Source: a virus
Virus record (IMG/VR): IMGVR_UViG_3300035183_001487
Location: 3,781-67,780 of that record
Direction: 5' to 3' (one strand)
Length of the DNA: 64,000 nucleotides
Notes under the pieces: generated by a model
What the model saw: only the letters and a program-made list of their open reading frames with translations
The model's database searches: none
Told to the model about the DNA's origin: nothing
Shown: positions 44,600-54,488 of the stretch, in pieces
Position numbering within the stretch: the first letter of the stretch is position 1
How the letters are laid out: each line of letters begins with the position of its first letter
Position numbers and translations under genes: made by a program

Positions 44600-47571
44600 T
44601 TCGAGATGAGGCTGATCCCCTTGGCGCCCCAGGGGGTTCCGTAGTCCTCGAGGGTGTTGTTGCAGAGGACCAGGACGTTGCCGCCCACCGATGCGACGGC
44701 GAACGGGCCCTGGTAGTAGCCGCCCGTCGTGATCTGGTTCTGGCTCCAGGTGATGCCGTCGGTGCTCATGAGGTAGAAGTGGTTCTGCGTCGCTCCGGTG
44801 CCTCCGGCCTGCTGGCCGGCCACGAAGATGGATTCTCCGGTCCACTCGATCACGTTCCAGTTCTTCGTGCTCGGCAGGTAGCGCGTGGTCCACGTCACGG
44901 CGTCCGGGGAGGTGAGCGCGCGGTTCCCGCCGTACTCGACCAGGACCCAGCTCGCCCCGGTCCAGATCGGGCCGCGCCAGTTCCCGCTGGGGATGCTGGT
45001 CGTGCTCCAGGTCGTCCCGTCGGTCGTGTAGGCGGCCTTGTTGTTGGCGATGGCCAGCCAGCCGACGCCATCGCTGCCGAGCCTGGTGTACGGGCTCGGG
45101 TCGCTGGCGGTGCTCCCGGAGATGAGGGCCACCGGGGTGGAGTTCCAGGACCTGCCGTTCCCGCTGGTAAAGAAGCCCTGCCCGCTCAGGCCGAAGCTCG
45201 AAAGGATGGCGTACTTGTTCCCCGTCGCCCCTGCGTTGTAGGCGATCTGGCCCAGGGGCCTGGGGCCGGAGGCCAGAACGTCGGCGCCCTCTGTCCAGGC
45301 CAGCATGTCGGTGGAGGTGGCAAACTTCAGGGTCGGCCCGGCCTCGTTGTAGACCAGGGCCACGTAGGTGGTCCCGCACTTCGCCAGGGTGGCGTCCACG
45401 CGGTCGGTCGTAGGGTCGGTCGGCAGGGTGATGCCCGTCGGCGATTCCAGCGTCCAGGTGGAGCCGTCCGAGGTGGAGAAGAGGCGGGTCTTCTTGCTCG
45501 TGACGTTCGGGCTCCCGTTGAAGTCCCGGGCCCAGACCCAGAACTTGGAGCTGTGGTAGACCACGCCCCCGTTGCTGTTGAAGGGGCCGGCGGCGGGGTT
45601 GGTCGCCCAGAACCAGTGTTCGTTGGAACCAGCGTGGATCGTCGTGGTGTTCAGCGTCCAGGAGAGCCCCAGCCAGCCATGGGGGACCAGATTGACCGTG
45701 AAGAGTTCCTCGGTGGTGGTGGTCTGGGATCCCACCGTCACCACGGCCTTGGTCTTGAAGGTGTAGGCCCCGAGGTCGTTGGGCACGTCGGCGGTGAAGG
45801 TGCTGGTGTAGCTGGTGCCGGCGCTGACTCCTGCTCCTGCGAACGTCGTTCCGGCGCCGACCACGGACCAGACGTGGGTTCCGGTCTGGAAGTTCGAGTC
45901 CGCCGGGCTCCCGGTCGCGAGAAGAATGGAGAAGGTGGCCGTGGTGGGCCGGGCCAGGGTGATAAGGGTCGGGGACTCCCTGCGGTAGAGGGTGGCGGCG
46001 CCAGCCTTCGCGTGCATCCTCGGCGCGTAGGCCTTGACCGTCTTGTCGGTCCTGGCCCCGTAGGCGCCCGTCACGGTCAGCGTCATGGTGCTCTGGCCGT
46101 TGTATTCCGCGTTGCTGGCCTGGGGCGGGAGCGCGGGGAGGAAGAGCGTGGACACGCCCGTGTTCACCGCGACGTTGGGGTTGAGCAGGCTGCCCGGTTC
46201 ACGCCCGAAGTACTGGTACGGGCCGACGCCTCCGCTCCGGGTGATGGTGAAGGTGCGGGTGAAGCCGCTCTCTCCGCCGTACCCGTACCCCGTGCCGTCG
46301 ATGTTGTCCCAGGCCTCGCCGACCGTGCCGCCCGAGAGGAGGAGGTAGGCGGGGGTGTCCACGACGATCTGGCTGGGCAGCTTGAGGATCTTGATCACCT
46401 TCCGGGCGGTCTTCCCCGTGCTGTCCTTGCCGTAGATCTTGAGCGTCCACGCGCCGTAGCTCACCAGCGTGGACTTCACGTCGCTGCCGTCGAAGGCTGC
46501 ATTCGGGAGGTCGGTGCCCGCGAGGATCTTCCAGGCGATGGGCGGCGTGTCGCCGGTGGTGGTGATGGGGATGACCATCTCGTAGGGGAACGTCTCCTCC
46601 CCGTACTCCGAAATGTCGGCGTTGGTGATGGTGAAGGAGTTCCCAGGGTCCTGCAGCTCGCCTTCCTGGTCGCTGAAGCCCAGGTAGACGAAGGACCCGG
46701 CGAGGGTGACCGCGCCGCTGTCGCCGCTGAAGATCACCTTGTCCCCGGCGGTGAAGAAGAGGACGGCGGAGATCCGGCCCACCGTCTCGTGGACCTGGGA
46801 GTACCCCGTCTCCGCCATGGCCTTGCGCTCGATGCGGCAGATCTTGTCCGCGGCCTCGGCGGTCAGCAGGACGTGGTAGTACCCCGTCCGGCTGATGTAG
46901 ACCGCCAGGTCATCGAAGTCGAAGGTGGGGAGTTCGCTGGTGGCCTTGACGATGCCGAAGGTGTAGGCGTGGTCGTTCCCGGGGTCGGGGTTCGTGGCCT
47001 CGAAGGTGAGCACGTGGGGGATGCCGCGGCGGTCGTGCGTCCAGTCCGTGGGGTCCCACCGCTCGACCACGGCGACGTTGTCCACCTCGGCGGCCACCCG
47101 CACGGCGGCCAGGACCACCGGGTGCCTCCCCACGCCGTCGTAGGGGTCCTCCACGGTGGGGATCTCGGGCTCGGTGGCGGGGGTGCCCTTCAGGACGGCA
47201 TAGACCGCCTGCTGGCTGGTGGTGAATTCCCCGGTAGGCTCCCCGGTGAGCCCGTCCACTGGGCCCTGCACCCACTTGTGCAGCCCCAGGATGAGGTCGA
47301 TCCGGGGGTTGGCGTCCGGCGGGTCGATCTGCAGGGCCACGCCCTCCGTCTCTTCGACGGTCTGGCACCCATGGTCGGCGTCCCCCTTCGTCCTCCAGAC
47401 GGAGACCCCGCGGCCGCTGGTCCCGAGGGTGACGGTCCATCCCGCGCCGGCGCCGATGCCGCTGATGGATGGGACGAGCCCCTCCACAACGGCCCCGTAC
47501 CAGGGCATCACGCGGTGGAGGTCGTCGTCGGTGACGTAGGTGCCGAACAGGCCTGGCTGTCGCTGAGTCAT
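44596..47571 (-). CDS. Tail fibre / receptor-binding protein
   Basis: N-terminal DANPRIDLI...VLKGTPA...LAAVRV anchor; C-terminal S/T-x-DG-x-TW repeats (BNR-like propeller). Confidence 0.75.
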   Translation of the reverse strand: MTQRQPGLFGTYVTDDDLHRVMPWYGAVVEGLVPSISGIGAGAGWTVTLGTSGRGVSVWRTKGDADHGCQTVEETEGVALQIDPPDANPRIDLILGLHKWVQGPVDGLTGEPTGEFTTSQQAVYAVLKGTPATEPEIPTVEDPYDGVGRHPVVLAAVRVAAEVDNVAVVERWDPTDWTHDRRGIPHVLTFEATNPDPGNDHAYTFGIVKATSELPTFDFDDLAVYISRTGYYHVLLTAEAADKICRIERKAMAETGYSQVHETVGRISAVLFFTAGDKVIFSGDSGAVTLAGSFVYLGFSDQEGELQDPGNSFTITNADISEYGEETFPYEMVIPITTTGDTPPIAWKILAGTDLPNAAFDGSDVKSTLVSYGAWTLKIYGKDSTGKTARKVIKILKLPSQIVVDTPAYLLLSGGTVGEAWDNIDGTGYGYGGESGFTRTFTITRSGGVGPYQYFGREPGSLLNPNVAVNTGVSTLFLPALPPQASNAEYNGQSTMTLTVTGAYGARTDKTVKAYAPRMHAKAGAATLYRRESPTLITLARPTTATFSILLATGSPADSNFQTGTHVWSVVGAGTTFAGAGVSAGTSYTSTFTADVPNDLGAYTFKTKAVVTVGSQTTTTEELFTVNLVPHGWLGLSWTLNTTTIHAGSNEHWFWATNPAAGPFNSNGGVVYHSSKFWVWARDFNGSPNVTSKKTRLFSTSDGSTWTLESPTGITLPTDPTTDRVDATLAKCGTTYVALVYNEAGPTLKFATSTDMLAWTEGADVLASGPRPLGQIAYNAGATGNKYAILSSFGLSGQGFFTSGNGRSWNSTPVALISGSTASDPSPYTRLGSDGVGWLAIANNKAAYTTDGTTWSTTSIPSGNWRGPIWTGASWVLVEYGGNRALTSPDAVTWTTRYLPSTKNWNVIEWTGESIFVAGQQAGGTGATQNHFYLMSTDGITWSQNQITTGGYYQGPFAVASVGGNVLVLCNNTLEDYGTPWGAKGISLISN

Positions 47572-47723
47572 GTGTTACCTCGATTGAACTGGGACGCCGC
47601 GGGGCCAGAGCTGGCCAGCGGCTGGGCGCGGGTAACCGCCCCGGCGCACAGAGGGCGGGAAGCTCTTGGTGACCGCCGGCTTCCCGGTCACCACGAAGTT
47701 TCCGGTGGGTGAGATCACAGCCA

Positions 47724-48581
47724 TCAGTCATACCTCACAAGGACGGTCGCGCCGGTCGCCTGGCCCAGGCCGGTGATGTTCGCGCTACCTACCGGATAGA
47801 ACGTCCGATAGGTCCCGTAGTGGGAAATGGATTGCGGGACACCCTGCGATATGTCGCCGTTGAAGTAGGTGAGCACACCTTGGGCCGGAGGATGGACGCC
47901 GAAGCCCAGCGGCAGGACCGGGCCCGTGTAGACGTTCGCGCCCAAGGCCCAGCTCGGTCCAGCTGGCATCACGGTCTGGATCGAACTCGCGGCAATGGAG
48001 AGTGGGCCGCTGAATTGCACTACCTGATTTCCACTGGCCGCATTTCTCGTTGCGTAGACGAAGACAATGCCCTCGTTCGTGTTCCCCCCAGAGACGTTCT
48101 GGGTACGCTCCACTGTCGCGAAGTAGGCCTGCCCTGTGGTGCCGCCAGCGTACATCATCAGCGTGAGGCGGCTGGTATCGCCGCTGACCCAACAGAGGTA
48201 CGGCGTCGCCGAGGACGTGGTGGCCGTCCCGAGCTGGATCCTGGACGACTTCTGCGCCCCGAGGTTCCCCGCACCGTCGGTCGAGGATCCGACCGTCATC
48301 CAGATCCCGAACGTGTTTGCGTTGGCGCCGTTGGTCCCATACTCGATCTTGATGAACACGGGAGCGGTCGCCTGTAGTGCGTCGTTGAATCGCCAGATCT
48401 CGTAACCTGCGGATGTGTTGATCGTCCCCGGCTTCACGACCGTCGCCAGGTCGATTTGCCCCGTGTCTGCCGTCTGGACGAGGCCGACGGCCGCCAGGGC
48501 GTTGTGAATGTCCTGACACGCCGTGCGGAAGGTAGCGTCCGAATTCGTCAGGTTGCCTCTGCTCCAGGTTGAGAGGGTCAT
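47724..48581 (-). CDS. Tail-associated structural protein
   Basis: LVQTADTGQID...GYEIWRFND...FIKIEYG; in fibre operon. Confidence 0.6.
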   Translation of the reverse strand: MTLSTWSRGNLTNSDATFRTACQDIHNALAAVGLVQTADTGQIDLATVVKPGTINTSAGYEIWRFNDALQATAPVFIKIEYGTNGANANTFGIWMTVGSSTDGAGNLGAQKSSRIQLGTATTSSATPYLCWVSGDTSRLTLMMYAGGTTGQAYFATVERTQNVSGGNTNEGIVFVYATRNAASGNQVVQFSGPLSIAASSIQTVMPAGPSWALGANVYTGPVLPLGFGVHPPAQGVLTYFNGDISQGVPQSISHYGTYRTFYPVGSANITGLGQATGATVLVRYD

Positions 48582-49336
48582 TAGTCCTCCAGCTTCACGA
48601 AAGAGAGAGTCACGGTGATAGCGGCTGAAGAACCGCTCTTATTTGTCACCCTCAAATAAAAGGTTGTCGCAGGGGTGCTATCGGCGTTGCTGCCAACGAA
48701 CACGGGCGCGAGATCGAGAACGAGATTCCCGGAATCCGTCAGGACCTCGCCGATCAGCCCGACCTCGCCCTCTGGGTCGGTGGTGATGGCTCGGCCAACG
48801 TCAGCAGTCCTAAATGCCGCCGTGGAGTAGATCTGAACCCAGGCATCGGCGCTGGTTTCAATCCTGGTGATGAGCGCGCTTTTGGCGACGGTGAGGTCGA
48901 TCTCCTCGGAGGCGCCGTCCGCCAGGGTCCCGGTGACAGCCGTTGCGGGCGTCCTGGCCGGCTGCTCCTGGATGTAGATGGGGTACGTCTCGGGGGTGAC
49001 CGTCTGGGTTCCGGGGAGGACCGTCCACTCCGAGGCGATGCCGCCAGCGTACCGGGCTTGGACAGCGGCCTTCACCACCAGGGGGGATGTGGGCGCCACG
49101 GCCACCTGCACGGATCGGACGTTGGGCCCTACGTCCACGGCAGACGCCACGCGCGCAGCCGCGTCCTCCGGGTCGGATCCGGTGAAAAAGATCACCGTGA
49201 AGCCGACGTGCACGGTCGGCGTGTTCGTGCTCGAGTAGGTCCAGGACGCCTTGAGGATCTTCCTCCCCACGAGCAGGGGGGTTCCGCCGTCGAGGAAGAT
49301 GAGGGCATCGCTGTGCTGGATGGATGTAGTCGGCAT
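48581..49336 (-). CDS. Tail-associated beta-rich protein
   Basis: Thr/Ser/Val-rich; coupled in fibre operon. Confidence 0.6.
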   Translation of the reverse strand: MPTTSIQHSDALIFLDGGTPLLVGRKILKASWTYSSTNTPTVHVGFTVIFFTGSDPEDAAARVASAVDVGPNVRSVQVAVAPTSPLVVKAAVQARYAGGIASEWTVLPGTQTVTPETYPIYIQEQPARTPATAVTGTLADGASEEIDLTVAKSALITRIETSADAWVQIYSTAAFRTADVGRAITTDPEGEVGLIGEVLTDSGNLVLDLAPVFVGSNADSTPATTFYLRVTNKSGSSAAITVTLSFVKLED

Positions 49337-50169
49337 CAGGTCACCAGGGAAATGCCTTCGGGGTCGGCGTCTGGGCTCGCAACCACGAGGGTGGCCGGGG
49401 CTTCGGTCGGGCTGTCATCGGACCACTCGAGCGAGACGGCAGAAGGCGCCGGCGGGACGAAGGACGCCCCGGACTCGACGCCGAGGACTGGGACGGGGGC
49501 CCCAGGGGTGCCGTAGGTCCGCCAGTGCCGGGTTCCCGCGTCGTGGCATCGCCTGGCGATCTCCTCGACCCTGGCCTTCAGCGTGGCGTTGATGGCGCCG
49601 GCGTAAAGGACGACCACGAACATGGCGTAGCCGGAGTGGCCCTCGAGGTCCACGCCGGCGTTCATGCGGGTGTTGTAGTTCAGGCGCCAGCCCGGGCCGT
49701 TCCACCTCGGGATCTGGTAGTAGTCCACGGCGTCCAGCACCTTGGTTCCCGTGAGCCCCAGGGCGTCATCCAGGACGTCGGCCATGCCCAGGTTGGTGGT
49801 CTTCGGCTTGGTGATCTCGGCGAGGATCCTATGCGCGTAGCGCAGGTCCGGCTCCGCCGTGAACCTCGGGACTCCCCAGACGTCGCCCCAGATGTCGAGC
49901 CACGTCCCCTGGGCTCCGTTCTCCGCCTGCTGCTCGAAGACCCACGACGTCTCGGAGACCGTCCAGTCCGTCGCCTGGTCATCGACCCTGGCGAGCCTCG
50001 AACCCAGCACGAGCTGGCGCTCCATGCTCGACATGGCGTCGTCGGCGTCCGGCCCCAGCATCTGCGCCTCGATGCGCAGGCGGGCGTAGAGCCAGCCCTT
50101 GCTGGGGGGCGGCATCGGGAGCAGGCGGCGCAGCTTGGCCCAGGCCGTCTGGTAGGGGGTGGTGGTCAT
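49336..50169 (-). CDS. Baseplate wedge protein (P2 gpI / Mu gp48-like)
   Basis: AQGTWLDIWGDVWGVPR..AEPD..Y..RIL. Confidence 0.75.
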   Translation of the reverse strand: MTTTPYQTAWAKLRRLLPMPPPSKGWLYARLRIEAQMLGPDADDAMSSMERQLVLGSRLARVDDQATDWTVSETSWVFEQQAENGAQGTWLDIWGDVWGVPRFTAEPDLRYAHRILAEITKPKTTNLGMADVLDDALGLTGTKVLDAVDYYQIPRWNGPGWRLNYNTRMNAGVDLEGHSGYAMFVVVLYAGAINATLKARVEEIARRCHDAGTRHWRTYGTPGAPVPVLGVESGASFVPPAPSAVSLEWSDDSPTEAPATLVVASPDADPEGISLVT

Positions 50170-50224
50170 CGCGTCTCCAAGCCGATGCTCCACCACGAGG
50201 CCGCTTGGGCGCGGCCCGGGGTTC

Positions 50225-50249
50225 CACTATCCGGGGGGGGTCGGCAGTC
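50225..50249 (-). promoter_or_regulatory. Putative late promoter motif
   Basis: GACTGCCGACCCCCCCCGGATAGTG upstream of the fibre operon. Confidence 0.5.
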
Positions 50250-50258
50250 CCGACGCCC

Positions 50259-50630
50259 CTACCCGACCCAGGGGAATTCGTCGTCCGCGGCCCGCTTGGC
50301 GGCGCCCTTGCGGGCCCGCTGGACCTGCAGCCTGTGCATCTCGCTCCAGACCCCCATGTAGGCGACGTGCCGGTCGTGCTCCTTCACGGAGGACTTGAAG
50401 TTGCCGTAGGCGATGTCCCGGGCGGCCTGCGCCAGCGCCTCGGCGACCTGCTCCAGGGGCACCAGGGCCCGGAAGCGGTAGTCCCGATCCGGCGTCATCG
50501 TGACCTCGGCTCCCGGGAAGACCCGCTCGATGTCGCCCTTGACCCGGGCCCGGACGAGCAGGTTCTTCCGCCCTGCAGCGCCGGGCGGCTTGACGATGCT
50601 GAGGAATGCGTCGCTGAGGAAGATCCACAT
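50259..50630 (-). CDS. Hypothetical phage protein
   Basis: MWIFLSDAFLSIV...LLVRAR...DY.FRA...YGNFKSSV; own promoter and RBS. Confidence 0.75.
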   Translation of the reverse strand: MWIFLSDAFLSIVKPPGAAGRKNLLVRARVKGDIERVFPGAEVTMTPDRDYRFRALVPLEQVAEALAQAARDIAYGNFKSSVKEHDRHVAYMGVWSEMHRLQVQRARKGAAKRAADDEFPWVG

Positions 50631-50636
50631 GGCTGG

Positions 50637-50693
50637 CTCCTGTTCCGCTTTCGGCGGTTCGGACACCATGCGCCCCGGCCTGGGTTGAGTCAA
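50637..50693 (-). promoter_or_regulatory. Promoter plus antisense target site
   Basis: Minus strand TTGACT-17 nt-CATGGT; CCG-CCGAAAG-CGG hairpin then AACAGGAG. Confidence 0.7.
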
Positions 50694-50698
50694 GCGGG

Positions 50699-51634
50699 CT
50701 AAGATTCGTCCTCGAACAGGCCCCGGACATGGGCACCCCAGCTGCTCCACCGCTTCGGGGCCACCCGGGGGTCGGGCTCCGGGGGGGGCGGCGGCGGGGC
50801 GGGGCGGGGGCCGGCGCCCAGGGCCTCGGCCAGCCCGTGGTCCGTCGGCTGGTTCAGGACCTCATACAGCCTGGTCCTGGGGACGAGGCTGACCGCCTGG
50901 GCCTCCCACCCCATGTCGGAGGGCGTCCCCCCCACCCGGCGGGCCGTGTAGTACCGGGCCGTGGTCACCGAGCGCCGGACATCGGCAATCCACCCGGTGA
51001 TCTCGACCTGCAGGCCCGTCTCCTCGAAGGCCTCCCGGATGGCCGCCGCCTGTAGGTTGGCGCCGTGGTCATCGACGCGGCCCTTGGGGAAGGTGCCCCG
51101 GTAGCCTCCGAAGGCGTTGGTGGGGTGGATGACCCAGACCCGGCCGTCCGGCTCCTCGATGACGACGCCCGCCGCGGCCTGGTGCCCCTGCTCGACCTGC
51201 AGGGGGGGCTCGGGCAGGCCGGGATCCTGGCCGGCGACCTCCTCCCATTCCTCGTCCGTGGTGGGGTGGTCCTTCCAGGGGGTGAAGGGCACGCTGTTCA
51301 GCGTCCTGGGCACCGGGCTCCCCGGGGTCCAGGTGGCGCGCTCGTGGGGGTCCCCCCACAGGGCGGGCGGGGTGGGCTGGTGGGGGTGCTGGATCCAGAC
51401 CCGCTTCCCCTCCTCGTCGCGCTTGGGGTGGGCTTGGCCCCTCCCGGGCCCCCTGGGGGGCGCCAGCGCGCCGCCGGGCGCCTCGGCGGCGGGGCGGGGG
51501 CTGCGGCGGGGCACCCTGGCCTCCTGGGCCTGCTGGGCCCGCTGCTGGGCCTCCAGGTGGGCCTGGTGGGGGCTGACCCAGACGTTCTTCCCGTTCACGA
51601 AGCGGAAGAAGCCGCGGACGTGGATGTCGCTCAT
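50699..51634 (-). CDS. Nudix hydrolase with N-terminal His tag motif
   Basis: PKGRVD......AAAIREAFEETGL Nudix box; IHVRGFFRFVNGKNVWVSPH. Confidence 0.85.
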   Translation of the reverse strand: MSDIHVRGFFRFVNGKNVWVSPHQAHLEAQQRAQQAQEARVPRRSPRPAAEAPGGALAPPRGPGRGQAHPKRDEEGKRVWIQHPHQPTPPALWGDPHERATWTPGSPVPRTLNSVPFTPWKDHPTTDEEWEEVAGQDPGLPEPPLQVEQGHQAAAGVVIEEPDGRVWVIHPTNAFGGYRGTFPKGRVDDHGANLQAAAIREAFEETGLQVEITGWIADVRRSVTTARYYTARRVGGTPSDMGWEAQAVSLVPRTRLYEVLNQPTDHGLAEALGAGPRPAPPPPPPEPDPRVAPKRWSSWGAHVRGLFEDES

Positions 51635-52095
51635 GGCGTCACCCCGGTCAGGAACTGGACGGCCTCGAGCATGCCCTGCTTGACGATGGGGCCGGCCTCC
51701 TGGTCCGCCATCCCGCCCTCCATGGCGGTGCAGAGGGCCAGCACCTGCTTGGCGAGCCACCGGAAGTACTCCACGCCGGCGTGCTCCTCGCCGCGGACAC
51801 CAGGGATCAAGGCCCGGATCCGCCCGGCGAGGCGCGGGCCGTTCCAGGGGGCCGGCTGGTAGCTCGGGTCCTCGCCCAGGAAGATGTGGCCCATCTCGAA
51901 GCACCAGTCTTCGATGTCCTGCAGCGAGGCCTCGCGCGTGGCGGTGCCAGCCGCGAACGCATGCCGGGCCTGCATGACGCCCGTCACGAAGTTGTGCACG
52001 AGGCCCGAGACCACGGCGACCTCGCCCAGGTAGGGGCGCCCGTCCCGCTCGGGGAGTTCGATGCCGTCGCCGACGTGGATCATCGCAGCGTTCAT
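51631..52095 (-). CDS. Hypothetical protein
   Basis: ATGA coupling at both ends. Confidence 0.7.
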   Translation of the reverse strand: MNAAMIHVGDGIELPERDGRPYLGEVAVVSGLVHNFVTGVMQARHAFAAGTATREASLQDIEDWCFEMGHIFLGEDPSYQPAPWNGPRLAGRIRALIPGVRGEEHAGVEYFRWLAKQVLALCTAMEGGMADQEAGPIVKQGMLEAVQFLTGVTP

Positions 52096-54488
52096 TGTAG
52101 GGCCTCGATGTAGGTTGGGTCGGGCGGGAGGACGAGGACGCGGTACACGGGTTTCCCGCTCGAGTGCTTGCCCTTCGAGAGGAGCATGTACCGCTGCCCC
52201 GGCAGGGTGGTGATCTCCTGCTCGGAGGCGTAGCTCCCGCTGCCGGCTGTCGGGAGGCCCTTCGCGCCCTTCGCATAGACCATCTCCATGAGGCAGCCCG
52301 TCTTGTTGTGGCCGCCAAACTTGGGGCTGTCCCCCCACGAGCTGGACATGGAGGCGCAGGTCGAGCGGGGGTTTTCGAAGAGGAGCCCGATGGGAGCCTT
52401 CTCCATGAGGGGCAGCATGGTGGGCTCGAGGGCCAGCCACCGGCGCAGCATGGTCCCCTCCGGGAATTCCACGGCGTGCTTGTAGGCGAGCTTCACGATC
52501 TTGCGTTGCTCGGGCGTCAGGCCCTTGTTGCCGAAGTTCGAGGAACCGCTGACCTGCACGTGACCGAGCCAGGTTTTCAGCTCGCTCGGGATGGTGGTGT
52601 ACGCCTGGTTGACGGCGGCGCGCTCCTTCGCGGTGACGTCGTGGGTCTGCTTGGGGGTGAGGTCCAAGGTGCTTTCCACGGTGCCCAAGGTCATCCACCA
52701 GCCTAGGCGCTCATCGGCGGGGATCTGGGCCACGGTGGTCCCGGGCGGACGGTTCGGGAAGGCTTCCGACAAGGAGTCGTAGTCGGTGACGTCCTCAGCG
52801 ACCCAGGCCTTCGCCTTCTTCGCCGAGGGGTTGGCGATCACCTCCATGAAGGCGACGCAGTCGGCCCAGTAGGCCTGGACGTGCTGGCTGGGGTGCTCGT
52901 TGATCGGCTTCATGCCGAGCGATGCGCCCGTGCTCTTGTCCACCGCCTCGTACTTGTAGTCCTGGAGGGCGATGAGGTTGCCCTTCATGGCGAACTTCAG
53001 GACCGCGTTCACGTCCCGCTGGTTGGCCTGGTTGACGGCCTCGCTGCTGGAGAGGCCCTTGCCCTGCCCATTCCAGTTCAGGAAGTCCGGCGGCTTGGGC
53101 AGCTTCGACTCGTCCACGGGCAGCTTCGTGGGGTCTGGCTTCGGGGGGTTGGCGAGCAGGTCGGCCCCGGGGTAGACCTTGGCTAGGTAGGCCTTCCGGG
53201 CGACGAGCTTGGCGGCCAGATCCTGCTTCTCCTTCGCCCCGCCGGGCCCCCACTTCTCGACGGCGGCCTGGATCGCGCTGTCCGGGATCTCGAGGACCTG
53301 GGCGACGGAGGTTTCCACCTGGTCGCTGGTCATGCCCTTGAAGAGAGCGGCGGTGTTGGGGTTCGTCGCCGGGTTGTTCAGGGTGTGGATCTCGTTCACC
53401 GTGGCGCTGAAGGCCTCGCCCTTGGGACCGCCCTGGGCCCGGAAGAGGAGCGCCCCGCCGACGTCGATGCGCACCGCGCTCCCGTCCGGGTCGAGGAGGA
53501 GGTTGTCGTTGCCGAGCCCGCAGACGTCCCAGTTGGCGAGCCAGGCGTCAGCGCCGAACCCGCCCTGGGCTCCTGGGGCCTTGGGGAGCGCCTTGGCGTC
53601 CTTCTTCAGGCCCTCCTTCCAGGCCGAGGCCACGCCCACCTTGCCGCCGAGGGTGACGATGCGGAGGTTCGGGACGGCCACGCCGGCGAACTTGTAGAGC
53701 TTGGAGGCCAGGACCTCGTTCTTGGCGTGGTCCTCGGTCGGCGGGAACTTGACGTACCACTTCTTGCCCAGGGCGTCCTGGTAGAGCGCACCTTCGTTGC
53801 TACCCATCTGTCCGCCGATCTTCTTCCACCCGGCGATGCTCGTGGGCACGGGCCCCGTGGCGGCCTTGCTGGACGCCGTGGCGGGCGCCGTGGGCGGGGC
53901 CGGGGATGGGGCTTGCGAAGGCGTCCCGGCCTGGGGCGGCCCGAAGGCGCCCTTGAGGTATCCGTGCAGCGCCTCGCTGGTCTTCTTCCCGCCGGCCTGG
54001 GGCATGCCGTGCAGCCAGACCATGACGCACTTCCCCTGCGGCATCCACCGGGCCTGGATCCCCAGTTCCTTCAGGTCGCTGATGATGCCCTGGCCCTTAG
54101 CCTTATCGACCTTGATCCGAGCCGTCGGCTTGAGCCCGTACTTGCCGAAGGTGACGGGCACGTCGCCGTAGAGCAGGTTCGGCGTCTGATCGCCCTTCCA
54201 GGCCAGGATTCCCTTGTGGGGCCCTCCGCGCTCCTGGGGGGCTTGGGCGGCTTGCGGGGCCTGCAGGCCGGGCGTGGGCCCGAAGACGGCGGCGAAGTCG
54301 TCATGAAGGGTCTGGTCGTCCTCCGGCTCCGCCGCGGCGCCAGGCTCTGGCTCGGGTTCGACCTCCGGCTTCGCTCCCCCGAAGATCGCATGGAAGTCCT
54401 GGGCCACCTCGTAGTCGTGGCCGTGGACGTAGATGACCTTCCCCGAGGCCGTGGTGCGCCAGTGGTCCTTGGAGTGCTTGGTGGTCAC
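52092..54488 (-). CDS. PI3/4-kinase/HipA-like domain plus C-terminal ADP-ribosyltransferase
   Basis: GGQMGSNEG...WYVK...NEVLA..LY...DAWLANWD...DN...RIDVG; LRR...STCAS...SEQEI (R-S-ExE). Confidence 0.7.
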   Translation of the reverse strand: MTTKHSKDHWRTTASGKVIYVHGHDYEVAQDFHAIFGGAKPEVEPEPEPGAAAEPEDDQTLHDDFAAVFGPTPGLQAPQAAQAPQERGGPHKGILAWKGDQTPNLLYGDVPVTFGKYGLKPTARIKVDKAKGQGIISDLKELGIQARWMPQGKCVMVWLHGMPQAGGKKTSEALHGYLKGAFGPPQAGTPSQAPSPAPPTAPATASSKAATGPVPTSIAGWKKIGGQMGSNEGALYQDALGKKWYVKFPPTEDHAKNEVLASKLYKFAGVAVPNLRIVTLGGKVGVASAWKEGLKKDAKALPKAPGAQGGFGADAWLANWDVCGLGNDNLLLDPDGSAVRIDVGGALLFRAQGGPKGEAFSATVNEIHTLNNPATNPNTAALFKGMTSDQVETSVAQVLEIPDSAIQAAVEKWGPGGAKEKQDLAAKLVARKAYLAKVYPGADLLANPPKPDPTKLPVDESKLPKPPDFLNWNGQGKGLSSSEAVNQANQRDVNAVLKFAMKGNLIALQDYKYEAVDKSTGASLGMKPINEHPSQHVQAYWADCVAFMEVIANPSAKKAKAWVAEDVTDYDSLSEAFPNRPPGTTVAQIPADERLGWWMTLGTVESTLDLTPKQTHDVTAKERAAVNQAYTTIPSELKTWLGHVQVSGSSNFGNKGLTPEQRKIVKLAYKHAVEFPEGTMLRRWLALEPTMLPLMEKAPIGLLFENPRSTCASMSSSWGDSPKFGGHNKTGCLMEMVYAKGAKGLPTAGSGSYASEQEITTLPGQRYMLLSKGKHSSGKPVYRVLVLPPDPTYIEALQ

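Noticed and set aside
44596-47723. Diversity-generating retroelement or invertible fibre cassette
   Set aside because: No reverse transcriptase, invertase or template repeat found
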